A stretch of 64,000 nucleotides of DNA from an uncultured Chloroflexia bacterium (GTDB lineage Bacteria; Chloroflexota; Anaerolineae; CG2-30-64-16). The position numbers and the translations under genes are program-made. Every line of letters starts with the position of its first letter. The stretch's first letter is position 1. The notes below the pieces were generated by a model, which did not search any database, had not been told where the DNA came from, and worked only from the letters and a program-made list of their open reading frames with translations. Of this stretch, positions 53,807 to 64,000 are shown piece after piece. The DNA lies in assembly GCA_963774265.1 (NCBI GenBank), contig CAVZDU010000008.1:96001-160000 (forward strand). The letters are read 5' to 3'.

Positions 53807-55606
53807 TCAGTCGTTCGGTTCGTCGGCCGAAGCAGCAACGGTCGGTTCCTCTTCCTTGTCACTGGTGATCTCCGTTTCTTCAACCTCCAGTGACTCGACC
53901 TCGGCCTCCACCACACCGCTTTCCTGTTCGGAAGATTCCTCGCCACTCAGCAACTCAGTCGTCACCGGCGCTTCCTCGACTTCGGGCGCTGACGATTCCT
54001 CGCTACTCAGCGATTCGGGCGTGACCGGCGCTTCCTCGACTTCGGGCGCTGAAGACTCCTCACCACTCAGCAACTCAGGCGTCACCGGCGCTTCCTCGAC
54101 TTCGGGCGCCGAAGACTCCTCACCACTCAGCAGCTCAGGCGTCACCAGCGCTTCCTCGACGTCGGGCGCCGAAGACTCCTCACCACTCAGCAACTCAGGC
54201 GTCGCCGGCGCTTCCTCGACTTCGGGCGTCGAAGACTCCTCGCCACTCAACGACTCAGAAGCCACCGGCTCCTGTTCGGCCAGTGACGCGATCAATTCAG
54301 GCTCCAACTCCTCGGTCAACGGCGCCTCGTCTACCGGCAGCTCATCTGCTGCCGTCGCGAACTCGTCGATCTCGGCCGGTGCAACGCCCTCAACATCGCC
54401 CTCTGCCTGAACCTCGGCCTCTTCGGGTGCGCTCTCGACCTCGGCCGCGGCATGCTTCTCGCGGTAGGTGGCCGCCCACTCGGACCATTCAGTCTCAGAC
54501 ACCTGGCGGAGGCTCAAACCGATACGCCGGCGGTCCGGCTCGATGCGTAACACGCGCAGCAGGAGCAGGTCGCCCGGCGCTACAAGGCTCTGGGGATGAT
54601 CTGGTCGGATATCCGCCATTTCAGAGACATGGAGCAAACCCTCGACGCCACTGCGCAGCCGCACAAACGCGCCAAAGTCTGTTACCCGCGTGACTACTGC
54701 CTCGACCAGTTGGTTTGGCGTGTACAGCTCGTCGATATGACTCCACGGATCCGGCTGAACGCGCTTCAGGCTCAATCCCACGCGCTCGCGCTGCTTGTCA
54801 ATCCGCAGCACTTTGACATCCACCACCTGCCCGACCTTCAGCACCTCACTTGGATGCGCGACCGGGAACCAGGCCAACTCCGAGATATGCACCAGACCAT
54901 CGGCCCCACCCAGATCCACGAACGCGCCGAACTCCGACAGGCTGCGCACCGCGCCCTGCCGCACCTCACCCACCTGGATGTCATCCAGCAGTTGCTTGCG
55001 GTGTTCGCGCTGCCAGCGGCGCCGCGCGGCGCGCTCGGACATGATCAGACGGCGGCGCTTGCGGTCCACTTCGACGACCTTCACCGGGATTGTCTTCCCG
55101 ACATAAGTCGCCAATTGCGCCTTGCGCTCCTCGGGTGACATTTCGCGCGGGAGCGAAGACAGATGGGAGGCAGGTACGAAGCCGCGCAGCTTGCCAAAGA
55201 TCACTTCGAGGCCGCCAGCGTTATGACCGCTGACCATTGCCTCGAACATCTCGTTGTTCTCCATCTTCTCCTGCGCTACCAGCCAATCCTTCTCCTGGAG
55301 CGCGCGCGACAAGGAGACAATGAGGTTCCCTTCCCGATCCGACGGCTGCAGGATATAGACCGGCCAGGTCGAGCCTTCCTGAAGCTCCGCAAGGGTGGAC
55401 TTATCCAGCCGCGACAGGTCATTGGCTGGAACAATCGCCTCTCGTTTCAGCCCCAGGTCGATCACGACCTCCTGCGGGGTGACCGAGATAATCGTGCCCT
55501 CGCGAATGTCGCCTCGCTGAGGCATATCGTACCCGCCCTGATCGAGCAGGGCCTGCATCGGGTGCACCTCAGCCGGTGGCTTGGTCGGTGGTAAAGATGT
55601 GGACAT
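53807..55606 (-). CDS. rpsA: 30S ribosomal protein S1-like (4 S1 domains) with long acidic repetitive tail
   Basis: GFVPASHL, FGAFVDLGGADGLVHISELAW, FGAFVRL..VEGLLHVSE. Confidence 0.8.
   Translation of the reverse strand: MSTSLPPTKPPAEVHPMQALLDQGGYDMPQRGDIREGTIISVTPQEVVIDLGLKREAIVPANDLSRLDKSTLAELQEGSTWPVYILQPSDREGNLIVSLSRALQEKDWLVAQEKMENNEMFEAMVSGHNAGGLEVIFGKLRGFVPASHLSSLPREMSPEERKAQLATYVGKTIPVKVVEVDRKRRRLIMSERAARRRWQREHRKQLLDDIQVGEVRQGAVRSLSEFGAFVDLGGADGLVHISELAWFPVAHPSEVLKVGQVVDVKVLRIDKQRERVGLSLKRVQPDPWSHIDELYTPNQLVEAVVTRVTDFGAFVRLRSGVEGLLHVSEMADIRPDHPQSLVAPGDLLLLRVLRIEPDRRRIGLSLRQVSETEWSEWAATYREKHAAAEVESAPEEAEVQAEGDVEGVAPAEIDEFATAADELPVDEAPLTEELEPELIASLAEQEPVASESLSGEESSTPEVEEAPATPELLSGEESSAPDVEEALVTPELLSGEESSAPEVEEAPVTPELLSGEESSAPEVEEAPVTPESLSSEESSAPEVEEAPVTTELLSGEESSEQESGVVEAEVESLEVEETEITSDKEEEPTVAASADEPND
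53931..54259 (-). repeat. 60-bp coding tandem repeat, about 5.5 copies (EEAPVTPELLSGEESSAPEV)
   Basis: Near-identical 60-nt units visible in register. Confidence 0.92.
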
Positions 55607-55845
55607 AGGAAGGAACCTCCGAAACGCTGGATTGATTATGCAAACTCTTGAGCGTAACGCACTTGCTCACAGGTACGGCGCCCAAGCCGACAAAAAACAG
55701 GCCCGGCTGGCCTACACCGCTCATCTTCTAGTGCGCCAGCGGACTCCGATCTTCATTAGTGACCTTCTGGGTCTAGCGCGATGAAAAGCGCGAGATGACA
55801 AGTGCCACTCGCGCCACAACAAATCGACTGCGCCTGTGAAACGTT

Positions 55846-55875
55846 ATTATATACGATAGGCTGCAAGACTGTCAA
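55846..55875 (-). promoter_or_regulatory. Putative sigma70 promoter of the S1 gene
   Basis: Minus strand TTGACA-18-TATAAT. Confidence 0.55.
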
Positions 55876-55905
55876 CGCGCTGCCCAAATGCATTTACATC
55901 CGCAG

Positions 55906-56895
55906 CTACTTGCCGAGTTTTTCTTTGAAGGCCCGCTCCAATGCCGGTAGCACGTCAAACAGATCACCGACGATTCCGTACCTGGCCACGCTGAATATCG
56001 GCGCGTCCTTGTCCTTGTTGATCGCTACGATGGTCTTCGAACCGCTAATGCCCGCGATATGCTGGATCGCGCCCGAAATGCCGGCCGCGATATAGAGATC
56101 AGGTCGCACCGTCTTGCCCGTCTGGCCGATCTGATGTACGTAAGGGATCCAGTCTGCGTCCACGGCCGCGCGTGTCGCTCCGACGGCGCCACCCAACACC
56201 TTCGCCAGCCGCCTCACCGGTTCGAAACCCTCAGGTCCCTTGACGCCACGACCACCAGCCACGATGACGTTGGCGTTCTGTACGTCGAGCTCGCCGACTT
56301 CCATTCCCTCGAAGCCGATAATTTCCTCGCCGGCCGCAGCGCCTGCCATATCAACCTTAAAGGGAATCAGCTCTCCGCTGCGACCCGGATCCGGCGCCGG
56401 CATCGGGAAGCTGCGCACGCGCACGGTCGCCATCTGCGCATCACCTGCAAAAGTAACCGTCGCCGTGATGGCACCTGCGAATACCGGACGTTCGGCCACC
56501 ATCTTGCCGTCGGTATCGATGGCCACGGAGGTCACCTCCGCGGCCAGGCCAATGTTGCGTTCTGCCGCTGCCAGTGCAGCTACATCACGCGCACCTGTCG
56601 TCGCAGGCGCCAGGATAAGGCTCGGCTTGATCGCATCAATAGCCGTCCGCAAAGCCGACGCGAAGGCGCCGCTGCGGTAGCGGCTGAACTCCGGACCGTC
56701 AGCCAACAGCACCTTGTCCGCACCGTAAGTGATGGCCTCGCGGCCGACTGACTCGATGTTGTGACCGATGACCAACGCCGCGACGGTCGTGCCCGCCCCT
56801 AGCTTGCCTGCCAGCTCGCGGGCCTTGCCCAACATCTCCCAGGAAACAGGCTTCGCCACACCCTGATATTGATCGACGTAAACGAGAATGCTCAT
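55906..56895 (-). CDS. etfA: Electron transfer flavoprotein alpha subunit
   Basis: [34 protein letters not shown]. Confidence 0.95.
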   Translation of the reverse strand: MSILVYVDQYQGVAKPVSWEMLGKARELAGKLGAGTTVAALVIGHNIESVGREAITYGADKVLLADGPEFSRYRSGAFASALRTAIDAIKPSLILAPATTGARDVAALAAAERNIGLAAEVTSVAIDTDGKMVAERPVFAGAITATVTFAGDAQMATVRVRSFPMPAPDPGRSGELIPFKVDMAGAAAGEEIIGFEGMEVGELDVQNANVIVAGGRGVKGPEGFEPVRRLAKVLGGAVGATRAAVDADWIPYVHQIGQTGKTVRPDLYIAAGISGAIQHIAGISGSKTIVAINKDKDAPIFSVARYGIVGDLFDVLPALERAFKEKLGK

Positions 56896-56915
56896 GGGTC
56901 AGTCCTCTCCTCGCC

Positions 56916-57712
56916 TCAAATCGCTTTCTCAGCGACCAGCTTGTCGACCAGGATCACGGCCTGTTCCGCAGTCGAACCGCCCTGGATGAGTTCCACCTTG
57001 CCAGCGCGCGCGGCGGCCGGCGCAGGTCGTTCCATTTCACCAGTGCAGCGCCCGCGCCGAGGCGGCTTCGATCCAGCCCGGGGAGATCTCCTGCGCCCAA
57101 CGGGGCAAACTTCATACGCGAGGCTTTGCGGATACCCATAAAGTTGGGGTACCGGGGTTCATTGATTTCAGTGCTCATCGCCAGGACCGCGGGCACGGTG
57201 ACCTTAACCGTCTGGATGCCCTCATCAAGGTTGCGCAGTACGGTCGCTCCATCTTCGGATACGTCGATGATCTTGCCCACATTTGACACGAACGGAACGC
57301 CCAACTGTACCGCCACCCCGGGACCCACCAGCCCGCCGTTGCCGTCCACCGATTGCTTGCCGACCAACACCAGGGTGTAGTCATCGAGATTTTTGATGGC
57401 CTGTGCCAGGATATGTGCGGTGCCCCAGGCATCACTGCCCTGGAAGAGATCGTCCGAAAGCAGGATGGCTTCTTCGATCCCCATCGCCACGGCCCGCTTC
57501 AGTGCTTCGATCGACTCCTCCCCGCCCATGGTGATGACTGCAGCCTCGCCGTCGTAGCGCTCCTGGAGTTGCAGGGCTTCTTCGACCGCGAACTCATCCC
57601 AAGGGTTCAAGACCATGGTGACACCTAGATCCCCGGTGCCGACATCCTCAACCTTCACGTCGGACAACTGCTCCGAGTCAGGCGTCAGTTTCGCGCAAAC
57701 AACGAACTTCAT
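56916..57712 (-). CDS. etfB: Electron transfer flavoprotein beta subunit (C-terminal frameshift)
   Basis: LNPWDEFAVEEAL, GKQSVDG, INEPRYP. Confidence 0.92.
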
Positions 57713-57861
57713 CCCGTAGCCTCCTTAACGCAACGTCACTGAGTTTTCGCACAGGCAAAAGCGGGGCTGCGTGCCCGCCCTTGGGCTTTGACACGTAGCG
57801 TCACGAGTATAGCACAGCGCATAAATGCCGCGGAAGAGACTACGCGCTGAGGAAAAATGGT

Positions 57862-59883
57862 CTATCTCGCTGCACCGATCTCGCCAATCGTCTGCGGCTC
57901 ACCCAAGTGACGCAGCGGCTCGCTTGGATAGATGTAGAGGCCGGCCACTAGACGATATGGGCCAGGTCCCAGCTCCGCCGGAAGCGAGATAATGTGCCTA
58001 TCAGCCAGGCCTTCTCCGGGCGCCCACAGGCTGCTGGGGTAAAAATCACCCCCGGGACGATGGTCGCTTTGGCCCAGCTTGGCGTCTTCGGAGTTGAGGA
58101 CCTGCACGAAGGTCGTCCAATCCGCACCCATGAGCTGCAACGGCTCCCAGTAAAGAACCACCTGAAGCGGTTGACCGGGCGCCAGCGTCGCTGGTATCAA
58201 ATCATAGCCGGCGAGACGCACCGTGTCTCCATAGGTCAAATCGACGTCGTGATCGGGCTTAACCTTGGCTGGAAGGTTTACTGCGACTGGCGGTCCCAAT
58301 GGCCCCACCTGCTTATCGCCGAGGGGCGCCAGATCGAATTTGATGGCCAGCCCCGGCATGGGCTTGACCAGGTAGACGGGCCTCCCAGTCGCTAACGCCA
58401 GTTCTGTTACACGCGCCACTGTCGCCCACGCTGCACCTTGCTGAAGCTGCGGGAACAGCCCAGTCAGGTCTTGACGCGTCGCCTGGACATACTGGACATA
58501 CCACAATGGCGCCATCTCGTCTCGGTCATTGCTGACCAAAATCGCGTTCTGAGGCAGATCAGCGGCTAGCAGCGCGCCCCACGCCCGCTGCGCTGAGTCA
58601 TCGTTCGCGCGCTGCACTCTCGGCCAATGCACAACGGCCGATCGATAGGTGATCGCCAACAACAGGATGAAAGCAACGCTGGAGCCAGCCATAAGAGCAA
58701 CGCGACGCCTACCCTCATCTGAACTCCCGATCAGGGAGGCCACGGCTTGCCCAAGCGCCCACGCGCCCACACCCATCCACAGCACCCATACCAGGTACGC
58801 CGGAATGTAAAATACATGGATGTCACCGATGGCATAGAACAAGTTGAACGTGATTTGTGCGAGAAAGAATGTCCCTGTCAGACCGAGCAGCTGCCAGGCC
58901 CGATGATCCCTGCCGAAAACACCGCGGAGCAGCAGCCAGCCAAAGCCCAAAGCCCCCAAAATCAAGCCGCTTGTGCCCAATTCATCGACGAAGCGTCCCA
59001 CCAGTCCGCCGAGGTCAAGCGATCGGGCCTGTGGGGCAACCAAAGACGTACTGAAAACGCTCCCGCTGACATGTGCAAGAAAGCCGGCAACGGTCGATTC
59101 GTAAAGCGGTTGGGACTGGCCTGGCGCCAACTCAATACGATAGTACGGGACGTGCGGCGCTCGCAGTGGAATCACGAGGTAAAGCATGAGCGGCGCCAAC
59201 ACAACCATGCCGAGCGATAGAACCTGGTGCAGCGTGGGTCGCGGGTGACTGACTCTGTGACGAAGAACTCCGAATATGAAGAGGATGATCGCGGGAATCA
59301 GTAGGATCGTTGAACGGTGGTGGGTCAGGCTCAGGCCAAAGAATAGAGCTGTGAGGTACAGTTGCTGCGATGCGCCTGAGCTATCGCCACGGAGCACGCG
59401 TTCCGCCCACACGAGGAGCGCGAGCAGGATCGCCGCTACGAAGAAGGCGTGCAGCGTGTAAACTTCCGCGACGACCGCCTGCGACCAGAACGTTGGTGTG
59501 AAGTTGAACGCCAGCGCCGCACCCAGCGCAACCAACCGGGCCGGCCAGCCATCCGCTCTTGCATCGACAAATCTGAGCAGACGCATCACAACGAGGGAGA
59601 GAAGCGCGACAGCTACGCCGCCCCACAGCGCCGAGAAGAGGTTCATCCGATAGGCCGGCTCGCCGAACGGCACGATATGCGACCACAGCCAGCCGAGCAT
59701 GAGGTAGAGGGGATACCCTGTGGGGTGTGCGAAGCCGCCGAGCCACGCGGCAAACTGAAACTCCGCGCTGTCGCCCCACAGGAGTCCCGGCGCGAGGGAA
59801 CGGACGTACATGGCCAGGGCGAGAAAGCCGGCAAGCATGGCGACAGCGATGTCGGTAACGACCGCCCGCCGCGTTGAGCTCAC
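57862..59883 (-). CDS. DUF2723 (TMEM260-like) membrane glycosyltransferase candidate with C-terminal beta-sandwich
   Basis: GDSAEF, AHPTGYPLY, FWSQAVVAEVY, LTHH; GTGA overlap with upstream gene. Confidence 0.78.
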   Translation of the reverse strand: MSSTRRAVVTDIAVAMLAGFLALAMYVRSLAPGLLWGDSAEFQFAAWLGGFAHPTGYPLYLMLGWLWSHIVPFGEPAYRMNLFSALWGGVAVALLSLVVMRLLRFVDARADGWPARLVALGAALAFNFTPTFWSQAVVAEVYTLHAFFVAAILLALLVWAERVLRGDSSGASQQLYLTALFFGLSLTHHRSTILLIPAIILFIFGVLRHRVSHPRPTLHQVLSLGMVVLAPLMLYLVIPLRAPHVPYYRIELAPGQSQPLYESTVAGFLAHVSGSVFSTSLVAPQARSLDLGGLVGRFVDELGTSGLILGALGFGWLLLRGVFGRDHRAWQLLGLTGTFFLAQITFNLFYAIGDIHVFYIPAYLVWVLWMGVGAWALGQAVASLIGSSDEGRRRVALMAGSSVAFILLLAITYRSAVVHWPRVQRANDDSAQRAWGALLAADLPQNAILVSNDRDEMAPLWYVQYVQATRQDLTGLFPQLQQGAAWATVARVTELALATGRPVYLVKPMPGLAIKFDLAPLGDKQVGPLGPPVAVNLPAKVKPDHDVDLTYGDTVRLAGYDLIPATLAPGQPLQVVLYWEPLQLMGADWTTFVQVLNSEDAKLGQSDHRPGGDFYPSSLWAPGEGLADRHIISLPAELGPGPYRLVAGLYIYPSEPLRHLGEPQTIGEIGAAR

Positions 59884-62696
59884 TTGTCCAGCTCCACCCA
59901 ATCTACCGCTGCCGCAAGCGTGCGAAAATCGCCGGCCACGCGTAAATATGCGTCCGGCGCAATGACCTCAGCGGCCGTTCCCGGCGCGGCCCCCTGAATG
60001 CCCACCAGCGCGTGGGCTTGGCCCTTGAGATTCGCCGCACCAGTGGCCTTTGAACCCAGCCGCGCGATCGCCGCCAGTGCTTTGGGAGTCAGATTGGCTG
60101 TCGCATCACCTTTAGTCACCAGCACGACAATGCGTCCTACGGGCACCGTGTCGAGATAGGCGGCGAGCGCATCAGCCTCATATGTATTGGCTGCCGTGTC
60201 GAAGCCGCGCTTGTCCAGCAGTTCGCCGGTCTGCTCGTCGAATACCGCGACGTTGTAGCCCTGCCGCCCGGCCGACGCATCCGTCGTTGTACCGTCTGCT
60301 CCCATTGCTGTCGCGAACGCTTCACTGAAACCGTGCACTTCAAGGTTGACCGGGCTCTGCTCGCCGGTGCTCCCGATCAGCGCGCGGCTCGCCTCATCAG
60401 GGAAAACCTGACGCGGGCTGGCTGACCAGGCAAAGACGAGCCGTATGAGATTCGCCCCTTGCCGCGTGGCCGCCGCGGGCACACGGACTTCGATGGTCTG
60501 CCATCCTGGAGCCAAGTTGTGTCCGCGCAATACCGGCCCGTCGTTGAACGCGACGGACATCGTTTGCCTTGCATCGTCATATGTCAGCGGCGCCACCGCA
60601 AGCCGCAGCGTTATGTCTTGTGGCGCGTCAAGTGGAAGATACAGCTCCGCGATCTTATCAATGGCCCAATTCGCCGTGGCACTGTAAGGCTGCTCGCCAG
60701 TGCGCGCATCCCACCCTTCCCCAAGGTAAGGCTCATTGCCCGGCGTGCCCAGATCCAGATGGAAAGGGAGAGCCACAGACGGCTGCACCACGCGATACAC
60801 CCGGTATCCGTCCGCTTCCCAGACCGGTTGCTCTTCAAGCGGCAGCACGTCCAACGCGTACCGTTCGGTGCGCTGCCAGGTGTCCTGGTAGGGATACCGG
60901 CCCGGTATCGGCGGCGTAGACACAACATAGCGCACGTTGTAGAGGGTCATCAGGTCGCCCGCCTGGGCCCGCGCCGCCGCATCCACCTCCGGCAGCACAT
61001 CCCGATACATCTCCAGGTCCGTGATCGCCTTGAAAAGGGGAATACGACGGAAGTATTCCATTTTCAAAGCAGGAGCGCGGCTGATGTTGCCGCCGATCAT
61101 GCGCTTGCCGTGTGCGGTCTGGAAGTACTGGAGGTTCGTCTGCTCGCTGCCCAACACTCCGAAGCTATTTCGCCATCCCAGCGGCAACTGCATGATCGCA
61201 AAATCGCCTTCTTCCTCGCGCGATATTGCGATACACGAGGGGAATGCGCGCATCGGTCATTGGCAGCGGCACGGCCAGGTGCTCCAGGATGATCAGACCG
61301 ACCAAGAAGACCGAAATTGCCACAGAAGGCACAGAGATCGCAGAGGTGAGATTTTCTCGTCCTCCTCCGGGTTCTCGGTGGCTAGTGGTCATTCTCGCCA
61401 GAAGCCACGCGACACTGTAGGCGGCGAGCATCGCCAGCGCCAGCATCAGGAGCACACTAAAGCGGTTGGGGGCTCGGTTGGCGCTCACGAACGGGATGAA
61501 GTGCAGAAGGGTGAACGGCAGCGGGAAGGTCACGCCCTCCGGAAGCAAACGGTCAGCGCTAAAGCGGTAGCGCCCGTTGATCTGGAGGAGTGGACCAAGA
61601 ACAAGGAGGCCAAAAACCAGGGCCGACCAGGATCCATGGGACCATCCGTCTCCGGGCCAGGAATGCACCGACCAGGGCGAGCGCCAACGTGGCCCAGCCA
61701 ACGAACACGGTATTGATGTCGCTGAAGCGGCCTTCGCCTTTTTCCACGGCACGCAGTGCAGCCTGCCAGCCCTGACCGCTGGCCTCGTTGCCCCCCAGCA
61801 GCGGGTTCAAATTTGTCGGGGTGACAAGACCAACTGCGTCCGCGCTCGAGCTTGATGCTCTCGCCCCAGCCTTCCAAGGCGTAATCACCGCCTATGAACT
61901 CACGAGCGATGGGGACCAAAACCGGCGACCAGATCGTGACGGCGATCAATGCCGCCAATCCCACCATCGCCAATGCTCGCCTTCGATGGCGCAGCCCGCG
62001 CCAGGACGCGAGCAGCAAGACCAGCGATAGCAGCGCGAGGAACGAAGCGAGGCTCATCTCCGCGAGCGCGGCGAAGGCGAAGAAAAGCCCGGCAAGCACC
62101 GCGTGCTTTAGCTTCGGCCGGTGAACGGCCCGCAAGAAATAAAGCGCATAGAATGGCAGCCATTGGGTCGAAACCAGATCGTAATGACCGAGCGCCGCAT
62201 AGATGGCCCTGTTGGACGCAAACGCGTAGATCAAACCCGCTATCAGTGCGGCCAACTGCAGGTGATTCGTGCCAGTGCCAGCGTGCGCACGGCGCAGCAC
62301 ATCCAGCGCCAGAAGATATGCACCCAGCCCACTCAACGCGGTCGCCAGAAGCACTGTGATATTGCTGGCCACAACCGCGTTGAAGGCCAGCAACAGCGGC
62401 ATACCCGCCAGCGCGTTGAAGAGGTTGTAGGTGTGGAGGACCAGGTCGATCCCGAGGGGATGCCAGATCAGATCACTATGAAGGGGGCTGCTGTGCAAAT
62501 CGAGCAGCGCGTGCTTGAAGTACCAGATGTTCCAGACAAACGTCGATTCATCGAACGCCCACGTGGCTGTGCCCGGTAGCATCGTACTAAGATGGGCTAC
62601 CACGGGCCAGGTCAGGGCCAGGGTCAGCACGACAAAAAGCACAAGCACGCGCCACGTGACGCGCATCGAGGGGGTGCGCTTTGTCTGCGCTATCAT
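59880..62696 (-). CDS. GT-C/YfhO-like membrane protein with C-terminal ILEI/PANDER-like domain; frameshifted
   Basis: [41 protein letters not shown]; C-term [17 protein letters not shown]. Confidence 0.65.
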
Positions 62697-63673
62697 ACCG
62701 CGAGAAGGGCCTGCCATTGGCGTTCCAACCCTGCCGTCAGGTTGATCTCCGGATGGAAACCTAGCGTTGAGGCGGCGAGCCGGGTGTCAGCCCACGTATC
62801 ACGCACATCGCCGGGCTGCGCCGGCAAGCGCCGCACGGAAAGATTTCCACCGGCGAGAGCCGCAATGCCGGCGATGACCTCATTAACCGAGGCGCGCGTG
62901 CCGCCGGCAACGTTAACCACCTGAACGGCCGTGTCGCGCGCCAGACATCTCTCGCCCGCCAGCAGGAAAGCCCGAACGACATCCGCAACGTAGGTAAAAT
63001 CCCGGGTTTGTGCACCGTCACCGTAGAGGTCGATCTCTTGCCCGGCGGCAGCCGCCTTCAAAAAACGCCGAAACGCCATATCCGGGCGTTGTCGCGGGCC
63101 ATAAACCGTGAACAGCCGCAGGGACAGCGTCGGGAGGCCGTAAACATCATTGTAGAGCCGGCAAAGATACTCTGCAGCCAGCTTGGTGACGCCATAGGGA
63201 CTGATCGGCGCCGGCGCCGCGGACTCTTTCAGCGGCATCTCTGGCCGATTGCCGTAAACCGACGATGACGAAGCGTACACGACCGGAATCTTGCCTGCGG
63301 CACCACTTGCCTCTAGAAGCCGCTGAGTCGCCAGGATATTGTTGCGCACGTATACTTCGAACTGGCTCCCCCAGCTACCGCGGACGCCCGGCTGCCCGGC
63401 CATGTGATAGATCAGATCCACCCCATCCAATAGTCGCGAAAGATCCACATCAACGAGGTCAGCTTCAACCAGCCGGAAACCCGGGTGTGCCAGCGACACG
63501 CTCAGGTTGCTCTCCTTGACAGCGCGTCCGTAATAGTCGGTAAAGCAATCGACCCCAATCACTTGACGCCCGCGTGCCAGCAGCGCTTCACTCAGGTGTG
63601 AGCCGATAAAACCCGCAGCCCCGGTCACGACGACAGGACGCTCAGCGCTGTTAGCGACAGCCGGTTGATTCAT
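62693..63673 (-). CDS. NAD-dependent epimerase/dehydratase (UDP-sugar 4-epimerase-like)
   Basis: TGAAGFIGS, ASSSSVYG, YGVTK, VYGPRQRPDM. Confidence 0.9.
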   Translation of the reverse strand: MNQPAVANSAERPVVVTGAAGFIGSHLSEALLARGRQVIGVDCFTDYYGRAVKESNLSVSLAHPGFRLVEADLVDVDLSRLLDGVDLIYHMAGQPGVRGSWGSQFEVYVRNNILATQRLLEASGAAGKIPVVYASSSSVYGNRPEMPLKESAAPAPISPYGVTKLAAEYLCRLYNDVYGLPTLSLRLFTVYGPRQRPDMAFRRFLKAAAAGQEIDLYGDGAQTRDFTYVADVVRAFLLAGERCLARDTAVQVVNVAGGTRASVNEVIAGIAALAGGNLSVRRLPAQPGDVRDTWADTRLAASTLGFHPEINLTAGLERQWQALLAV

Positions 63674-64000
63674 TACGCCCCCACTCGTCTTGCAGACTCC
63701 GCCACCATGTTCGCCGCCTCGACCACCACCCCAGACGCAGGCGCCGGCGCATCGAGCTGCTCACGGATCACGTAAATCGGCTTGTCCTGCGCTTCATGAT
63801 AGGTTCGGCGTGATCATCTCCGCCAGCAGGCCCATGCTCATCAATTGTACGCCGAGGACCACCAGCAGGACCGCCAAGAATAACAGAGGCCGCGTGCCGA
63901 TGTCCTGGCCAAACGCGAATTTGACGACGGTGAGATAAAGGCCGATCAGAAATCCGGCGCCGGCGGAAGCCAGTCCCAACCCACCGAAAACGTGGAGCGG
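63673..64000 (-). CDS. GT2 polyprenyl-phosphate glycosyltransferase, C-terminal fragment (runs off the window)
   Basis: PLHVFG..IGTRPLL..GLLAEMI, shifted frame TYHEAQDKPIY. Confidence 0.75.

Noticed and set aside
53931-54259. CRISPR array
   Set aside because: Units are contiguous 60-mers without unique spacers, in frame within a CDS, and there are no cas genes.
55607-55845. Structured RNA or riboswitch in the S1 leader
   Set aside because: Long leader, but I could not identify a convincing fold or known motif by eye; needs a covariance-model search.

Overview
GC-rich bacterial chromosomal window, most likely Chloroflexota (Anaerolineae/Caldilineae-like). This is inferred from the Pro/Thr-rich SH3 lipoproteins, expanded GT-C glycosyltransferases and multiple S1 proteins. 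In order it carries: DUF1641-SQR-PocR/HTH regulator; three SH3 lipoproteins plus a GT39-like enzyme; rlmN; a sugar/polyol ABC operon; a thiolase-fold/DUF35/CoA-transferase/acyl-CoA dehydrogenase operon; a chelatase chlD-like gene; an IS630; dtd, ldh, moaD-E, moaC, an fpg-like gene, clpX, clpP, tig, mutL; a TetR-led beta-oxidation operon containing an NYN protein and a degenerate ETF pair; two S1 proteins; moeA; a CCA enzyme; a canonical etfBA; and a second glycosylation cluster. No rRNA, tRNA or CRISPR was seen. Many genes carry scattered single-base indels that look like long-read assembly errors. One frameshift differs: chlD has an A7 slippery run followed 7 nt later by a 13-bp hairpin, the signature of programmed -1 frameshifting. 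Product calls come from motif recognition by eye, not database searches.
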